The translations under genes were made by a program, and so were the position numbers. 64,000 bases of DNA from Paragordius varius (Eukaryota > Animalia > Nematomorpha): assembly GCA_964247055.1 (NCBI GenBank), contig OZ176052.1, positions 13,144,001 through 13,208,000 on the forward strand, in the 5' to 3' direction. Under the pieces are notes generated by a model. That model ran no database searches. It had not been told where the DNA came from and saw only the letters and a program-made list of their open reading frames with translations. Shown here one piece after another: positions 27,301 to 41,959 of the stretch; the stretch's first letter is position 1, and each line of letters opens with the position of its first letter.

Positions 27301-30300
27301 TTAAACTTTGTCCTTAAAAATCGGATATTGGTAACCGGTGAACAAAATAATTTTTTATACATTCACTTAGTAAGACTACATCAAAATATAGAGATAGTTT
27401 GACAAACTCTTTCATATCCGATTTTTACAACGATACTTTAAAAATTAATGTATTAAACTAGTCGCATCAATACTCAAGTTAAACTTTGTCCTTAAAAATC
27501 GGATATTGGTCACCGGTGAACAAAATTATTTTTTATACATTCTCTTAGCAAGACTACATCAAAATATAGAGATAGTTTGACAAACTCTTTCATATCCGAT
27601 TTTTACAACGATACTTTATAAATTAATGTATAAAACTAGTCGTATCAATAACTCGCATCAATACTCAAGTTAAACTTTGTCCTTAAAAATCGGATATTGG
27701 TCACCGGTGAACAAAATAATTTTTTATACATTCTCTTAGTAAGACTACATCAAAATATAGAGATAGTTTGACAAACTCTTTTATATCCGATTTTTACAAC
27801 GATACTTTAAAAATTAATGTATTAAACTAGTCGCATCAATACTCAAGTTAAATTTTGTCCTTAAAAATCGGATATTGGTCACCGGTGAACAAAATAATTT
27901 TTTATACATTCTCTTAGTAAGACTACATCAAAATATAGAGATAGTTTGACAAACTCTTTCATATCCGATTTGTACAACGATACTTTATAAATTAATGTAT
28001 GAAACTAGTCGTATCAATAAGTCGCATCAATACTCAAGTTAAACTTTGCCCTTAAAAATCGGATATTGGTCACCGGTGAACAAAATAATTTTTTATACAT
28101 TCTATTAGTATGACTACATCAAAATATAGAGATAGTTTGACAAACTCTTTCATATCCGATTTTTACAACGATAGTTCAAAAATTAATGTATTAAACTAGT
28201 CGCATCAATACTCAAGTTAAACTTTGTCCTTAAAAATCGGATATTGGTCACCGGTGAACAAAATTATTTTTTATACATTCTCTTAGTAGGACTACATCAA
28301 AATATAGATATAGTTTGGCAAACTCTTTCATATCCGATTTTTACAACGATACTTTAAAAATTAATGTGTTAAACTAGTCGCATCGATACTCAAGTTAAAC
28401 TTTGTCCTTAAAAATCGGATATTGGTCACCGGTGAACAAAATTATTTTTTATACATTCTCTTAGTAAGACTACATCAAAATATAGAGATAGTTTGACAAA
28501 CTCTTTCATATCCGATTTTTACAACGATACTCTAAAAATTAATGTATTAAACTAGTCGCATCAATACTCAAGTTAAACTTTGTCCTTAAAAATCGGATAT
28601 TGGTCACCGGTGAACAAAATATTTTTTTATACATTCTTTTAGTATGACTACATCAAAATATAGAGATAGTTTGACAAACTCTTTCATATCAGATTTTTAC
28701 AACGATACTTTAAAAATTAATGTATTAAACTAGTCGCATCAATACTCAAGTTAAACTTTGTCCTTAAAAATCGGATATTGGTCACCGGTGAACAAAATTA
28801 TTTTTTATACATTCTCTTAGCAAGACTACATCAAAATATAGAGATAGTTTGACAAACTCTTTCATATCCGATTTTTACAACCATACTTTATAAATTAATG
28901 TATAAAATTAGTCGTATCAATACTCAAGTTAAACTTTGTCCTTAAAAATCGGATATTGGTAACCGGTGAACAAAATAATTTTTTATGCATTCACTTAGTA
29001 AGACTACATCAAAATATAGAGATAGTTTGACAAACTCTTTCATATCCGATTTTTACAACGATACTTTAAAAATTAATGTATTAAACTAGTCGCATCAATA
29101 CTCAAGTTAAACTTTGTCCTTAAAAATCGGATATTGGTCACCGGTGAACAAAATAATTTTTTATACATTCTCTTAGTAAGACTACATCAAAATATAGAGA
29201 TAGTTTGACAAACTCTTTCATATCCGATTTTTACAACCATACTTTATAAATTAATGTATAAAACTAGTCGTATCAATACTCAAGTTAAACTTTGTCCTTA
29301 AAAATCGGATATTGGTAACCGGTGAACAAAATAATTTTTTATACATTCACTTAGTAAGACTACATCAAAATATAGAGATAGTTTGACAAACTCTTTCATA
29401 TCCGATTTTTACAACGATACTTTAAAAATTAATGTATTAAACTAGTCGCATCAATACTCAAGTTAAACTTTGTCCTTAAAAATCGGATATTGGTCACCGG
29501 TGAACAAAATTATTTTTTATACATTCTCTTAGCAAGACTACATCAAAATATAGAGATAGTTTGACAAACTCTTTCATATCCGATTTTTACAACGATACTT
29601 TATAAATTAATGTATAAAACTAGTCGTATCAATAACTCGCATCAATACTCAAGTTAAACTTTGTCCTTAAAAATCGGATATTGGTCACCGGTGAACAAAA
29701 TAATTTTTTATACATTCTCTTAGTAAGACTACATCAAAATATAGAGATAGTTTGACAAACTCTTTTATATCCGATTTTTACAACGATACTTTAAAAATTA
29801 ATGTATTAAACTAGTCGCATCAATACTCAAGTTAAATTTTGTCCTTAAAAATCGGATATTGGTCACCGGTGAACAAAATTATTTTTTATACATTCTCTTA
29901 GCAAGACTACATCAAAATATAGAGATAGTTTGACAAACTCTTTCATATCCGATTTTTACAACGATACTTTAAAAATTAATGTATTAAACTAGTCGCATCA
30001 ATACTCAAATTAAACTTTGTCCTTAAAAATCGGATATTGGTCACCGGTGAACAAAATAATTTTTTATACATTCTCTTAGCAAGACTACATCAAAATATAG
30101 AGATAGTTTGACAAACTCTTTCATATCCGATTTGTACAACGATACTTTATAAATTAATGTATGAAACTAGTCGTATCAATAAGTCGCATCAATACTCAAG
30201 TTAAACTTTGCCCTTAAAAATCGGATATTGGTCACCGGTGAACAAAATAATTTTTTATACATTCTCTTAGTATGACTACATCAAAATATAGAGATAGTTT

Positions 30301-32250
30301 GACAAACTCTTTCATATCCGATTTTTACAACGATAGTTCAAAAATTAATGTATTAAACTAGTCGCATCAATACTCAAGTTAAACTTTGTCCTTAAAAATC
30401 GGATATTGGTCACCGGTGAACAAAATTATTTTTTATACATTCTCTTAGTAGGACTACATCAAAATATAGATATAGTTTGGCAAACTCTTTCATATCCGAT
30501 TTTTACAACGATACTTTAAAAATTAATGTGTTAAACTAGTCGCATCGATACTCAAGTTAAACTTTGTCCTTAAAAATCGGATATTGGTCACCGGTGAACA
30601 AAATTATTTTTTATACATTCTCTTAGTAAGACTACATCAAAATATAGAGATAGTTTGTCATATCCGATTTTTACAACGATACTCTAAAAATTAATGTATT
30701 AAACTAGTCGCATCAATACTCAAGTTAAACTTTGTCCTTAAAAATCGGATATTGGTCACCGGTGAACAAAATATTTTTTTATACATTCTTTTAGTATGAC
30801 TACATCAAAATATAGAGATAGTTTGACAAACTCTTTCATATCAGATTTTTACAACGATACTTTAAAAATTAATGTATTAAACTAGTCGCATCAATACTCA
30901 AGTTAAACTTTGTCCTTAAAAATCGGATATTGGTCACCGGTGAACAAAATTATTTTTTATACATTCTCTTAGCAAGACTACATCAAAATATAGAGATAGT
31001 TTGACAAACTCTTTCATATCCGATTTTTACAACCATACTTTATAAATTAATGTATAAAACTAGTCGTATCAATACTCAAGTTAAACTTTGTCCTTAAAAA
31101 TCGGATATTGGTAACCGGTGAACAAAATAATTTTTTATGCATTCACTTAGTAAGACTACATCAAAATATAGAGATAGTTTGACAAACTCTTTCATATCCG
31201 ATTTTTACAACGATACTTTAAAAATTAATGTATTAAACTAGTCGCATCAATACTCAAGTTAAACTTTGTCCTTAAAAATCGGATATTGGTCACCGGTGAA
31301 CAAAATAATTTTTTATACATTCTCTTAGTAAGACTACATCAAAATATAGAGATAGTTTGACAAACTCTTTCATATCCGATTTTTACAACGATACTTTAAA
31401 AATTAATGTATTAAACTAGTCGCATCAATACTCAAGTTAAACTTTGTCCTTAAAAATCGGATATTGGTCACCGGTGAACAAAATTATTTTTTATACATTC
31501 TCTTAGCAAGACTACATCAAAATATAGAGATAGTTTGACAAACTCTTTCATATCCGATTTTTACAACGATACTTTATAAATTAATGTATAAAACTAGTCG
31601 TATCAATAACTCGCATCAATATTCAAGTTAAACTTTGTCCTTAAAAATCGGATATTGGTCACCGGTGAACAAAATAATTTTTTATACATTCTCTTAGTAA
31701 GACTACATCAAAATATAGAGATAGTTTGACAAACTCTTTTATATCCGATTTTTACAACGATACTTTAAAAATTAATGTATTAAACTAGTCGCATCAATAC
31801 TCAAGTTAAATTTTGTCCTTAAAAATCGGATATTGGTCACCGGTGAACAAAATTATTTTTTATACATTCTCTTAGCAAGACTACATCAAAATATAGAGAT
31901 AGTTTGACAAACTCTTTCATATCCGATTTTTACAACGATACTTTAAAAATTAATGTATTAAACTAGTCGCATCAATACTCAAATTAAACTTTGTCCTTAA
32001 AAATCGGATATTGGTCACCGGTGAACAAAATAATTTTTTATACATTCTCTTAGCAAGACTACATCAAAATATAGAGATAGTTTGACAAACTCTTTCATAT
32101 CCGATTTGTACAACGATACTTTATAAATTAATGTATGAAACTAGTCGTATCAATAAGTCGCATCAATACTCAAGTTAAACTTTGCCCTTAAAAATCGGAT
32201 ATTGGTCACCGGTGAACAAAATAATTTTTTATACATTCTCTTAGCAAGAC
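24380..32250 (+). repeat. HOR series with periods 890 (5-mer), 1252 (7-mer), 1977/1984 (11-mer) and 2162 (12-mer)
   Basis: caaaatattt is at 24489, 25379 and 26631; gatagttcaaa at 26193, 28170 and 30332. A private 7-bp deletion near 26571 explains the offsets that are 7 bp short. Confidence 0.85.
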
Positions 32251-32399
32251 TACATCAAAATATAGAGATAGTTTGACAAACTCTTTCATATCCGATTTGT
32301 ACAACGATACTTTATAAATTAATGTATGAAACTAGTCGTATCAATAAGTCGCATCAATACTCAAGTTAAACTTTGCCCTTAAAAATCGGATATTGGTCA

Positions 32400-35300
32400 C
32401 CGGTGAACAAAATTATTTATACATTCTCTTAGCAAGACTACATCAAAATATAGAGATAGTTTGACAAACTCTTTCATATCCGATTTTTACAACGATACTT
32501 TAAAAATTAATGTATTAAACTAGTCGCATCAATACTCAAATTAAACTTTGTCCTTAAAAATCGGATATTGGTCACCGGTGAACAAAATAATTTTTTATAC
32601 ATTCTCTTAGCAAAACTACATCAAAATATAGAGATAGTTTGACAAACTCTTTCATATCCCATTTTTACAACCATACTTTATAAATTAATGTATAAAACTA
32701 GTCGTATCAATAAGTCGCATCAATACTCAAGTTAAACTTTGCCCTTAAAAATCGGATATTGGTCACCGGTGAACAAAATAATTTTTTATACATTCTCTTA
32801 GTATGACTACATCAAAATATAGAGATAGTTTGACAAACTCTTTCATATCCGATTTTTACAACGATAGTTCAAAAATTAATGTATTAAACTAGTCGCATCA
32901 ATACTCAAGTTAAACTTTGTCCTTAAAAATCGGATATTGGTCACCGGTGAACAAAATAATTTTTTATACATTCTCTTAGTAAGACTACATCAAAATATAG
33001 AGATAGTTTGACAAACTCTTTCATATCCGATTTTTACAACGATACTTTAAAAATTAATGTATTAAACTAGTCGCATCAATACTCAAGTTAAACTTTGTCC
33101 TTAAAAATCGGATATTGGTCACCGGTGAACAAAATTATTTTTTATACATTCTCTTAGCAAGACTACATCAAAATATAGAGATAGTTTGACAAACTCTTTC
33201 ATATCCGATTTTTACAACGATACTTTATAAATTAATGTATAAAACTAGTCGTATCAATAACTCGCATCAATACTCAAGTTAAACTTTGTCCTTAAAAATC
33301 GGATATTGGTCACCGGTGAACAAAATAATTTTTTATACATTCTCTTAGTAAGACTACATCAAAATATAGAGATAGTTTGACAAACTCTTTCATATCCGAT
33401 TTTTACAACGATACTTTAAAAATTAATGTATTAAACTAGTCGCATCAATACTCAAGTTAAATTTTGTCCTTAAAAATCGGATATTGGTCACCGGTGAACA
33501 AAATTATTTTTTATACATTCTCTTAGCAAGACTACATCAAAATATAGAGATAGTTTGACAAACTCTTTCATATCCGATTTGTACAACGATACTTTATAAA
33601 TTAATGTATAAAACTAGTCGTATCAATAAGTCGCATCAATTATCAAGTTAAACTTTGTCCTTAAAAATCGGATATTGGTCACCGGTGAACAAAATAATTT
33701 TTTATACATTCTCTTAGTAAGACTACATCAAAATATAGAGATAGTTTGACAAACTCTTTCATATCCGATTTTTACAACGATACTTTAAAAATTAATGTAT
33801 TAAACTAGTCGCATCAATACTCAAGTTAAACTTTGTCCTTAAAAATCGGATATTGGTCACCGGTGAACAAAATTATTTTTTATACATTCTCTTAGCAAGA
33901 CTACATCAAAATATAGAGATAGTTTGACAAACTCTTTCATATCCGATTTTTACAACGATACTTTATAAATTAATGTATAAAACTAGTCGTATCAATAACT
34001 CGCATCAATACTCAAGTTAAACTTTGTCCTTAAAAATCGGATATTGGTCACCGGTGAACAAAATAATTTTTTATACATTCTCTTAGTAAGACTACATCAA
34101 AATATAGAGATAGTTTGACAAACTCTTTCATATCCGATTTTTACAACGATACTTTAAAAATTAATGTATTAAACTAGTCGCATCAATACTCAAGTTAAAT
34201 TTTGTCCTTAAAAATCGGATATTGGTCACCGGTGAACAAAATTATTTTTTATACATTCTCTTAGCAAGACTACATCAAAATATAGAGATAGTTTGACAAA
34301 CTCTTTCATATCCGATTTGTACAACGATACTTTATAAATTAATGTATAAAACTAGTCGTATCAATAAGTCGCATCAATTATCAAGTTAAACTTTGTCCTT
34401 AAAAATCGGATATTGGTCACCGGTGAACAAAATATTTTTTTATACATTCTTTTAGTATGACTACATCAAAATATAGAGATAGTTTGACAAACTCTTTCAT
34501 ATCCGATTTTTACAACGATACTTTAAAAATTAATGTATTAAACTGGTCGCATCAATACTCAAGTTAAACTTTGTCCTTAAAAATCGGATATTGGTCACCG
34601 GTGAACAAAATTATTTTTTATACATTCTCTTAGCAAGACTACATCAAAATATAGAGATAGTTTGACAAACTCTTTCATATCCGATTTTTACAACCATACT
34701 TTATAAATTAATGTATAAAACTAGTCGTATCAATACTCAAGTTAAACTTTGTCCTTAAAAATCGGATATTGGTAACCGGTGAACAAAATAATTTTTTATA
34801 CATTCACTTAGTAAGACTACATCAAAATATAGAGATAGTTTGACAAACTCTTTCATATCCGATTTTTACAACGATACTTTAAAAATTAATGTATTAAACT
34901 AGTCGCATCAATACTCAAGTTAAACTTTGTCCTTAAAAATCGGATATTGGTCACCGGTGAACAAAATAATTTTTTATACATTCTCTTAGTAAGACTACAT
35001 CAAAATATAGAGATAGTTTGACAAACTCTTTCATATCCGATTTTTACAACGATACTTTAAAAATTAATGTATTAAACTAGTCGCATCAATACTCAAGTTA
35101 AACTTTGTCCTTAAAAATCGGATATTGGTCACCGGTGAACAAAATTATTTTTTATACATTCTCTTAGCAAGACTACATCAAAATATAGAGATAGTTTGAC
35201 AAACTCTTTCATATCCGATTTGTACAACGATACTTTATAAATTAATGTATAAAACTAGTCGTATCAATAAGTCGCATCAATACTCAAGTTAAACTTTGTC

Positions 35301-38300
35301 CTTAAAAATCGGATATTGGTCACCGGTGAACAAAATTATTTTTTATACATTCTCTTAGTAGGACTACATAAAAATATAGAGATAGTTTGGCAAACTCTTT
35401 CATATCCGATTTTTACAACGATACTTTAAAAATTAATGTGTTAAACTAGTCGCATCGATACTCAAGTTAAACTTTGTCCTTAAAAATCGGATATTGGTCA
35501 CCGGTGAACAAAATTATTTTTTATACATTCTCTTAGTAAGACTACATCAAAATATAGAGATAGTTTGACAAACTCTTTCATATCCGATTTTTACAACGAT
35601 ACTCTAAAAATTAATGTATTAAACTAGTCGTATCAATAAGTCGCATCAATTATCAAGTTAAACTTTGTCCTTAAAAATCGGATATTGGTCACCGGTGAAC
35701 AAAATATTTTTTTATACATTCTTTTAGTATGACTACATCAAAATATAGAGATAGTTTGACAAACTCTTTCATATCCGATTTTTACAACGATACTTTAAAA
35801 ATTAATGTATTAAACTGGTCGCATCAATACTCAAGTTAAACTTTGTCCTTAAAAATCGGATATTGGTCACCGGTGAACAAAATTATTTTTTATACATTCT
35901 CTTAGCAAGACTACATCAAAATATAGAGATAGTTTGACAAACTCTTTCATATCCGATTTTTACAACCATACTTTATAAATTAATGTATAAAACTAGTCGT
36001 ATCAATAAGTCGCATCAATACTCAAGTTAAACTTTGCCCTTAAAAATCGGATATTGGTCACCGGTGAACAAAATTATTTTTTATACATTCTCTTAGCAAG
36101 ACTACATCAAAATATAGAGATAGTTTGACAAACTCTTTCATATCCGATTTTTACAACGATACTTTAAAAATTAATGTATTAAACTAGTCGCATCAATACT
36201 CAAATTAAACTTTGTCCTTAAAAATCGGATATTGGTCACCGGTGAACAAAATAATTTTTTATACATTCTCTTAGCAAGACTACATCAAAATATAGAGATA
36301 GTTTGACAAACTCTTTCATATCCCATTTTTACAACCATACTTTATAAATTAATGTATAAAACTAGTCGTATCAATAAGTCGCATCAATACTCAAGTTAAA
36401 CTTTGCCCTTAAAAATCGGATATTGGTCACCGGTGAACAAAATAATTTTTTATACATTCTCTTAGTATGACTACATCAAAATATAGAGATAGTTTGACAA
36501 ACTCTTTCATATCCGATTTTTACAACGATAGTTCAAAAATTAATGTATTAAACTAGTCGCATCAATACTCAAGTTAAACTTTGTCCTTAAAAATCGGATA
36601 TTGGTCACCGGTGAACAAAATAATTTTTTATACATTCTCTTAGTAAGACTACATCAAAATATAGAGATAGTTTGACAAACTCTTTCATATCCGATTTTTA
36701 CAACGATACTTTAAAAATTAATGTATTAAACTAGTCGCATCAATACTCAAGTTAAACTTTGTCCTTAAAAATCGGATATTGGTCACCGGTGAACAAAATT
36801 ATTTTTTATACATTCTCTTAGCAAGACTACATCAAAATATAGAGATAGTTTGACAAACTCTTTCATATCCGATTTTTACAACGATACTTTATAAATTAAT
36901 GTATAAAACTAGTCGTATCAATAACTCGCATCAATACTCAAGTTAAACTTTGTCCTTAAAAATCGGATATTGGTCACCGGTGAACAAAATAATTTTTTAT
37001 ACATTCTCTTAGTAAGACTACATCAAAATATAGAGATAGTTTGACAAACTCTTTCATATCCGATTTTTACAACGATACTTTAAAAATTAATGTATTAAAC
37101 TAGTCGCATCAATACTCAAGTTAAATTTTGTCCTTAAAAATCGGATATTGGTCACCGGTGAACAAAATTATTTTTTATACATTCTCTTAGCAAGACTACA
37201 TCAAAATATAGAGATAGTTTGACAAACTCTTTCATATCCGATTTGTACAACGATACTTTATAAATTAATGTATAAAACTAGTCGTATCAATAAGTCGCAT
37301 CAATTATCAAGTTAAACTTTGTCCTTAAAAATCGGATATTGGTCACCGGTGAACAAAATAATTTTTTATACATTCTCTTAGTAAGACTACATCAAAATAT
37401 AGAGATAGTTTGACAAACTCTTTCATATCCGATTTTTACAACGATACTTTAAAAATTAATGTATTAAACTAGTCGCATCAATACTCAAGTTAAACTTTGT
37501 CCTTAAAAATCGGATATTGGTCACCGGTGAACAAAATTATTTTTTATACATTCTCTTAGCAAGACTACATCAAAATATAGAGATAGTTTGACAAACTCTT
37601 TCATATCCGATTTTTACAACGATACTTTATAAATTAATGTATAAAACTAGTCGTATCAATAACTCGCATCAATACTCAAGTTAAACTTTGTCCTTAAAAA
37701 TCGGATATTGGTCACCGGTGAACAAAATAATTTTTTATACATTCTCTTAGTAAGACTACATCAAAATATAGAGATAGTTTGACAAACTCTTTCATATCCG
37801 ATTTTTACAACGATACTTTAAAAATTAATGTATTAAACTAGTCGCATCAATACTCAAGTTAAATTTTGTCCTTAAAAATCGGATATTGGTAACCGGTGAA
37901 CAAAATAATTTTTTATACATTCACTTAGTAAGACTACATCAAAATATAGAGATAGTTTGACAAACTCTTTCATATCCGATTTTTACAACGATACTTTAAA
38001 AATTAATGTATTAAACTAGTCGCATCAATACTCAAGTTAAACTTTGTCCTTAAAAATCGGATATTGGTCACCGGTGAACAAAATAATTTTTTATACATTC
38101 TCTTAGTAAGACTACATCAAAATATAGAGATAGTTTGACAAACTCTTTCATATCCGATTTGTACAACGATACTTTATAAATTAATGTATAAAACTAGTCG
38201 TATCAATAAGTCGCATCAATACTCAAGTTAAACTTTGTCCTTAAAAATCGGATATTGGTCACCGGTGAACAAAATTATTTTTTATACATTCTCTTAGTAG

Positions 38301-38760
38301 GACTACATAAAAATATAGAGATAGTTTGGCAAACTCTTTCATATCCGATTTTTACAACGATACTTTAAAAATTAATGTGTTAAACTAGTCGCATCGATAC
38401 TCAAGTTAAACTTTGTCCTTAAAAATCGGATATTGGTCACCGGTGAACAAAATTATTTTTTATACATTCTCTTAGTAAGACTACATCAAAATATAGAGAT
38501 AGTTTGACAAACTCTTTCATATCCGATTTTTACAACGATACTCTAAAAATTAATGTATTAAACTAGTCGTATCAATAAGTCGCATCAATTATCAAGTTAA
38601 ACTTTGTCCTTAAAAATCGGATATTGGTCACCGGTGAACAAAATATTTTTTTATACATTCTTTTAGTATGACTACATCAAAATATAGAGATAGTTTGACA
38701 AACTCTTTCATATCCGATTTTTACAACGATACTTTAAAAATTAATGTATTAAACTAGTCG
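32400..38760 (+). repeat. 20-monomer duplication, offset 3664 bp (8 monomers of the 191-bp class); second copy lacks 4 monomers
   Basis: tcccattttt is at 32657/36321 and gatagttc at 32863/36527. 3664 = 20x178 + 8x13, and I counted 8 duplications. The later offset is 2939 (ggactacata 35361/38300), 725 bp less. Confidence 0.87.
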
Positions 38761-41700
38761 CATCAAAAGTTAAACTTTGTCCTTAAAAATCGGATATTGG
38801 TCACCGGTGAACAAAATAATTTTTTATACATTCTCTTAGTAAGACTACATCAAAATATAGAGATAGTTTGACAAACTCTTTCATATCCGATTTTTACAAC
38901 GATACTTTAAAAATTAATGTATAAAACTAGTCGCATCAATACTCAAGTTAAACTTTGTCCTTAAAAGACGAATATTGGTCACCGGTGAACAAAATTATTT
39001 TTTATACATTCTCTTAGTAAGAGTACATCAAAATATAGAGATAGTTTGGCAAACTCTTTCATATCCGATTTTTACAACGATACTTTAAAAATTAATGTAT
39101 AAAACTAGTCGCATCAAAAATCAAGTTAAACTTTGTCCTTAAAAATCGAATATTGGTCACCGGTGAACAAAATTATTTTTTATACATTCTCTTAGTAGGA
39201 CTACATCAAAATATAGAGATAGTTTGACAAACTCTTTCATATCAGATTTTTACAACGATACTTTAAAAATTAATGTATTAAACTAGTCGCATCAATACTC
39301 AAGTTAAACTTTGTCCTTAAAAATCGGATATTGGTCACCGGTGAACAAAATTATTTTTTATACATTCTCTTAGCAAGGCTACATCAAAATATAGAGATAG
39401 TTTGACAAACTCTTTCATATCCGATTTTTACAACGATACTTTAAAAATTAATGTATAAAACTAGTCGCATCAATACTCAAGTTAAACTTTGTCCTTAAAA
39501 GACGAATATTGGTCACCGGTGAACAAAATAATTTTTTATACATTCTATTAGTATGACTACATCAAAATATAGAGATAGTTTGACAAACTCTTTCATATCC
39601 GATTTTTACAACGATAGTTCAAAAATTAATGTATTAAACTAGTCGCATCAATACTCAAGTTAAACTTTGTCCTTAAAAATCGGATATTGGTCACCGGTGA
39701 ACAAAATTATTTTTTATACATTCTCTTAGTAGGACTACATCAAAATATAGAGATAGTTTGACAAACTCTTTCATATCCGATTTTTACAACGATACTTTAA
39801 AAATTAATGTATAAAACTGGTCGCATCAATACTCAAGTTAAACTTTGTCCTTAAAAGACGAATATTGGTCACCGGTGAACAAAATTATTTTTTATACATT
39901 CTCTTAGTAAGACTACATCAAAATATAGAGATAGTTTGGCAAACTCTTTCATATCCGATTTTTACAACGATACTTTAAAAATTAATGTATAAAACTAGTC
40001 GCATCAATACTCAAGTTAAACTTTGTCCTTAAAAATCGAATATTGGTCACCGGTGAACAAAATTATTTTTTATACATTCTCTTAGTAAGACTACATCAAA
40101 AAATAGAAATAATTTGACAAACTCTTTCATATCCGATTTTTACAACGATACTTTAAAAATTAATGTATTAAACTAGTCGCATCAATACTCAAGTTAAACG
40201 TTGTCCTTAAAAATCGGATATTGGTCACCGGTGAACAAAATTATTTTTTATACATTCTCTTAGCAAGACTACATCAAAATATAGAGATAGTTTGACAAAC
40301 TCTTTCATATCCGATTTTTACAACCATACTTTATAAATTAATGTATAAAACTAGTCGTATCAATAAGTCGCATCAATACTCAAGTTAAACTTTGTCCTTA
40401 AAAATCGGATATTGGTAACCGGTGAACAAAATATTTTTTTATACATTCACTTAGTAAGACTACATCAAAATATAGAGATAGTTTGACAAACTCTTTCATA
40501 TCCGATTTTTACAATGATACTTTAAAAATTATGGTATTAAACCAGTCGCATCAATAAGTCGCATCAATACTCAAGTTAAACTTTGTCCTTAAAAATCGGA
40601 TATTGGTCACCGGTGAACAAAATAATTTTTTATACATTCTCTTAGTAAGACTACATCAAAATATAGAGATAGTTTTACAAACTCTTTCATAACCGATTTT
40701 TACAATGATACTTTAAAAATTATGGTATTAAACCAGTCGCATCAATACTCAAGTTAAACTTTGTCCTTAAAAATCGGATAATGGTCACCGGTGAACAAAA
40801 TAAGTTTTTATACATTCTCTTAGTAAGACTACATTAAAATATAGAGATAGTTTGACAAACTCTTTCATATCCGATTTTTACAACGATACTTTAAAAATTA
40901 ATGTATTAAACTAGTCGCATCAATACTCAAGTTAAACTTTGTCCTTAAAAATCGGATATTGGTCACCGGTGAACAAAATTATTTTTTATACATTCTCTTA
41001 GCAAGACTACATCAAAATATAGAGATAGTTTGACAAACTCTTTCATATCCGATTTTTACAACGATACTTTATAAATTAATGTATAAAACTAGTCGTATCA
41101 ATAAGTCGCATCAATACTCAAGTTAAACTTTGTCCTTAAAAATCGGATATTGGTCACCGGTGAACAAAATAATTTTTTATACATTCTCTTAGTAAGACTA
41201 CATAAAAATATAGAGATAGTTTGACAAACTCTTTCATAACCGATTTTTACAATGATACTTTAAAAATTATGGTATTAAACCAGTCGCATCAATACTCAAG
41301 TTAAACTTTGTCCTTAAAAATCGGATATTGGTCACCGGTGAACAAAATTATTTTTTATACATTCTCTTAGTAAGACTACATCAAAATATAGAGATAGTTT
41401 GACAAACTCTTTCATATCCGATTTTTACAACTATACTTTAAAAATTAATGTATTAAACTAGTCGCCTCAATACTCAAGTTAAACTTTGTCCTTAAAAATC
41501 TGATATTGGTCACCGGTGAACAAAATTATTTTTTATACATTCTCTTAGCAACACTACATCAAAATATAGAGATAGTTTGACAAACTCTTTCATATCCGAT
41601 TTTTACAACGATACTTTATAAATTAATGTATAAAACTAGTCGTATCAATAAGTCGCATCAATATTCAAGTTAAACTTTGCCCTTAAAAATCAAATATTGG

Positions 41701-41959
41701 TCACCGGTGAACAAAATAATTTTTTATACATTCTCTTAGTATGACTACATCAAAATATAGAGATAGTTTGACAAACTCTTTCATATCCGATTTTTACAAC
41801 GATAGTTCAAAAATTAATGTATTAAACTAGTCGCATCAATACTCAAGTTAAACTTTGTCCTTAAAAATCGGATATTGGTCACCGGTGAACAAAATTATTT
41901 TTTATACATTCTCTTAGTAGGACTACATCAAAATATAGAGATAGTTTGGCAAACTCTTT

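Noticed and set aside
4265-41510. Mirror-image alleles of the two inverted-repeat arms in different monomers (tccca/tggga, tccaa/ttgga, tcaga/tctga)
   Set aside because: They never occur together in one monomer or in adjacent pairing register, and the CCG/CGG core is highly mutable, so coincidence is likely.
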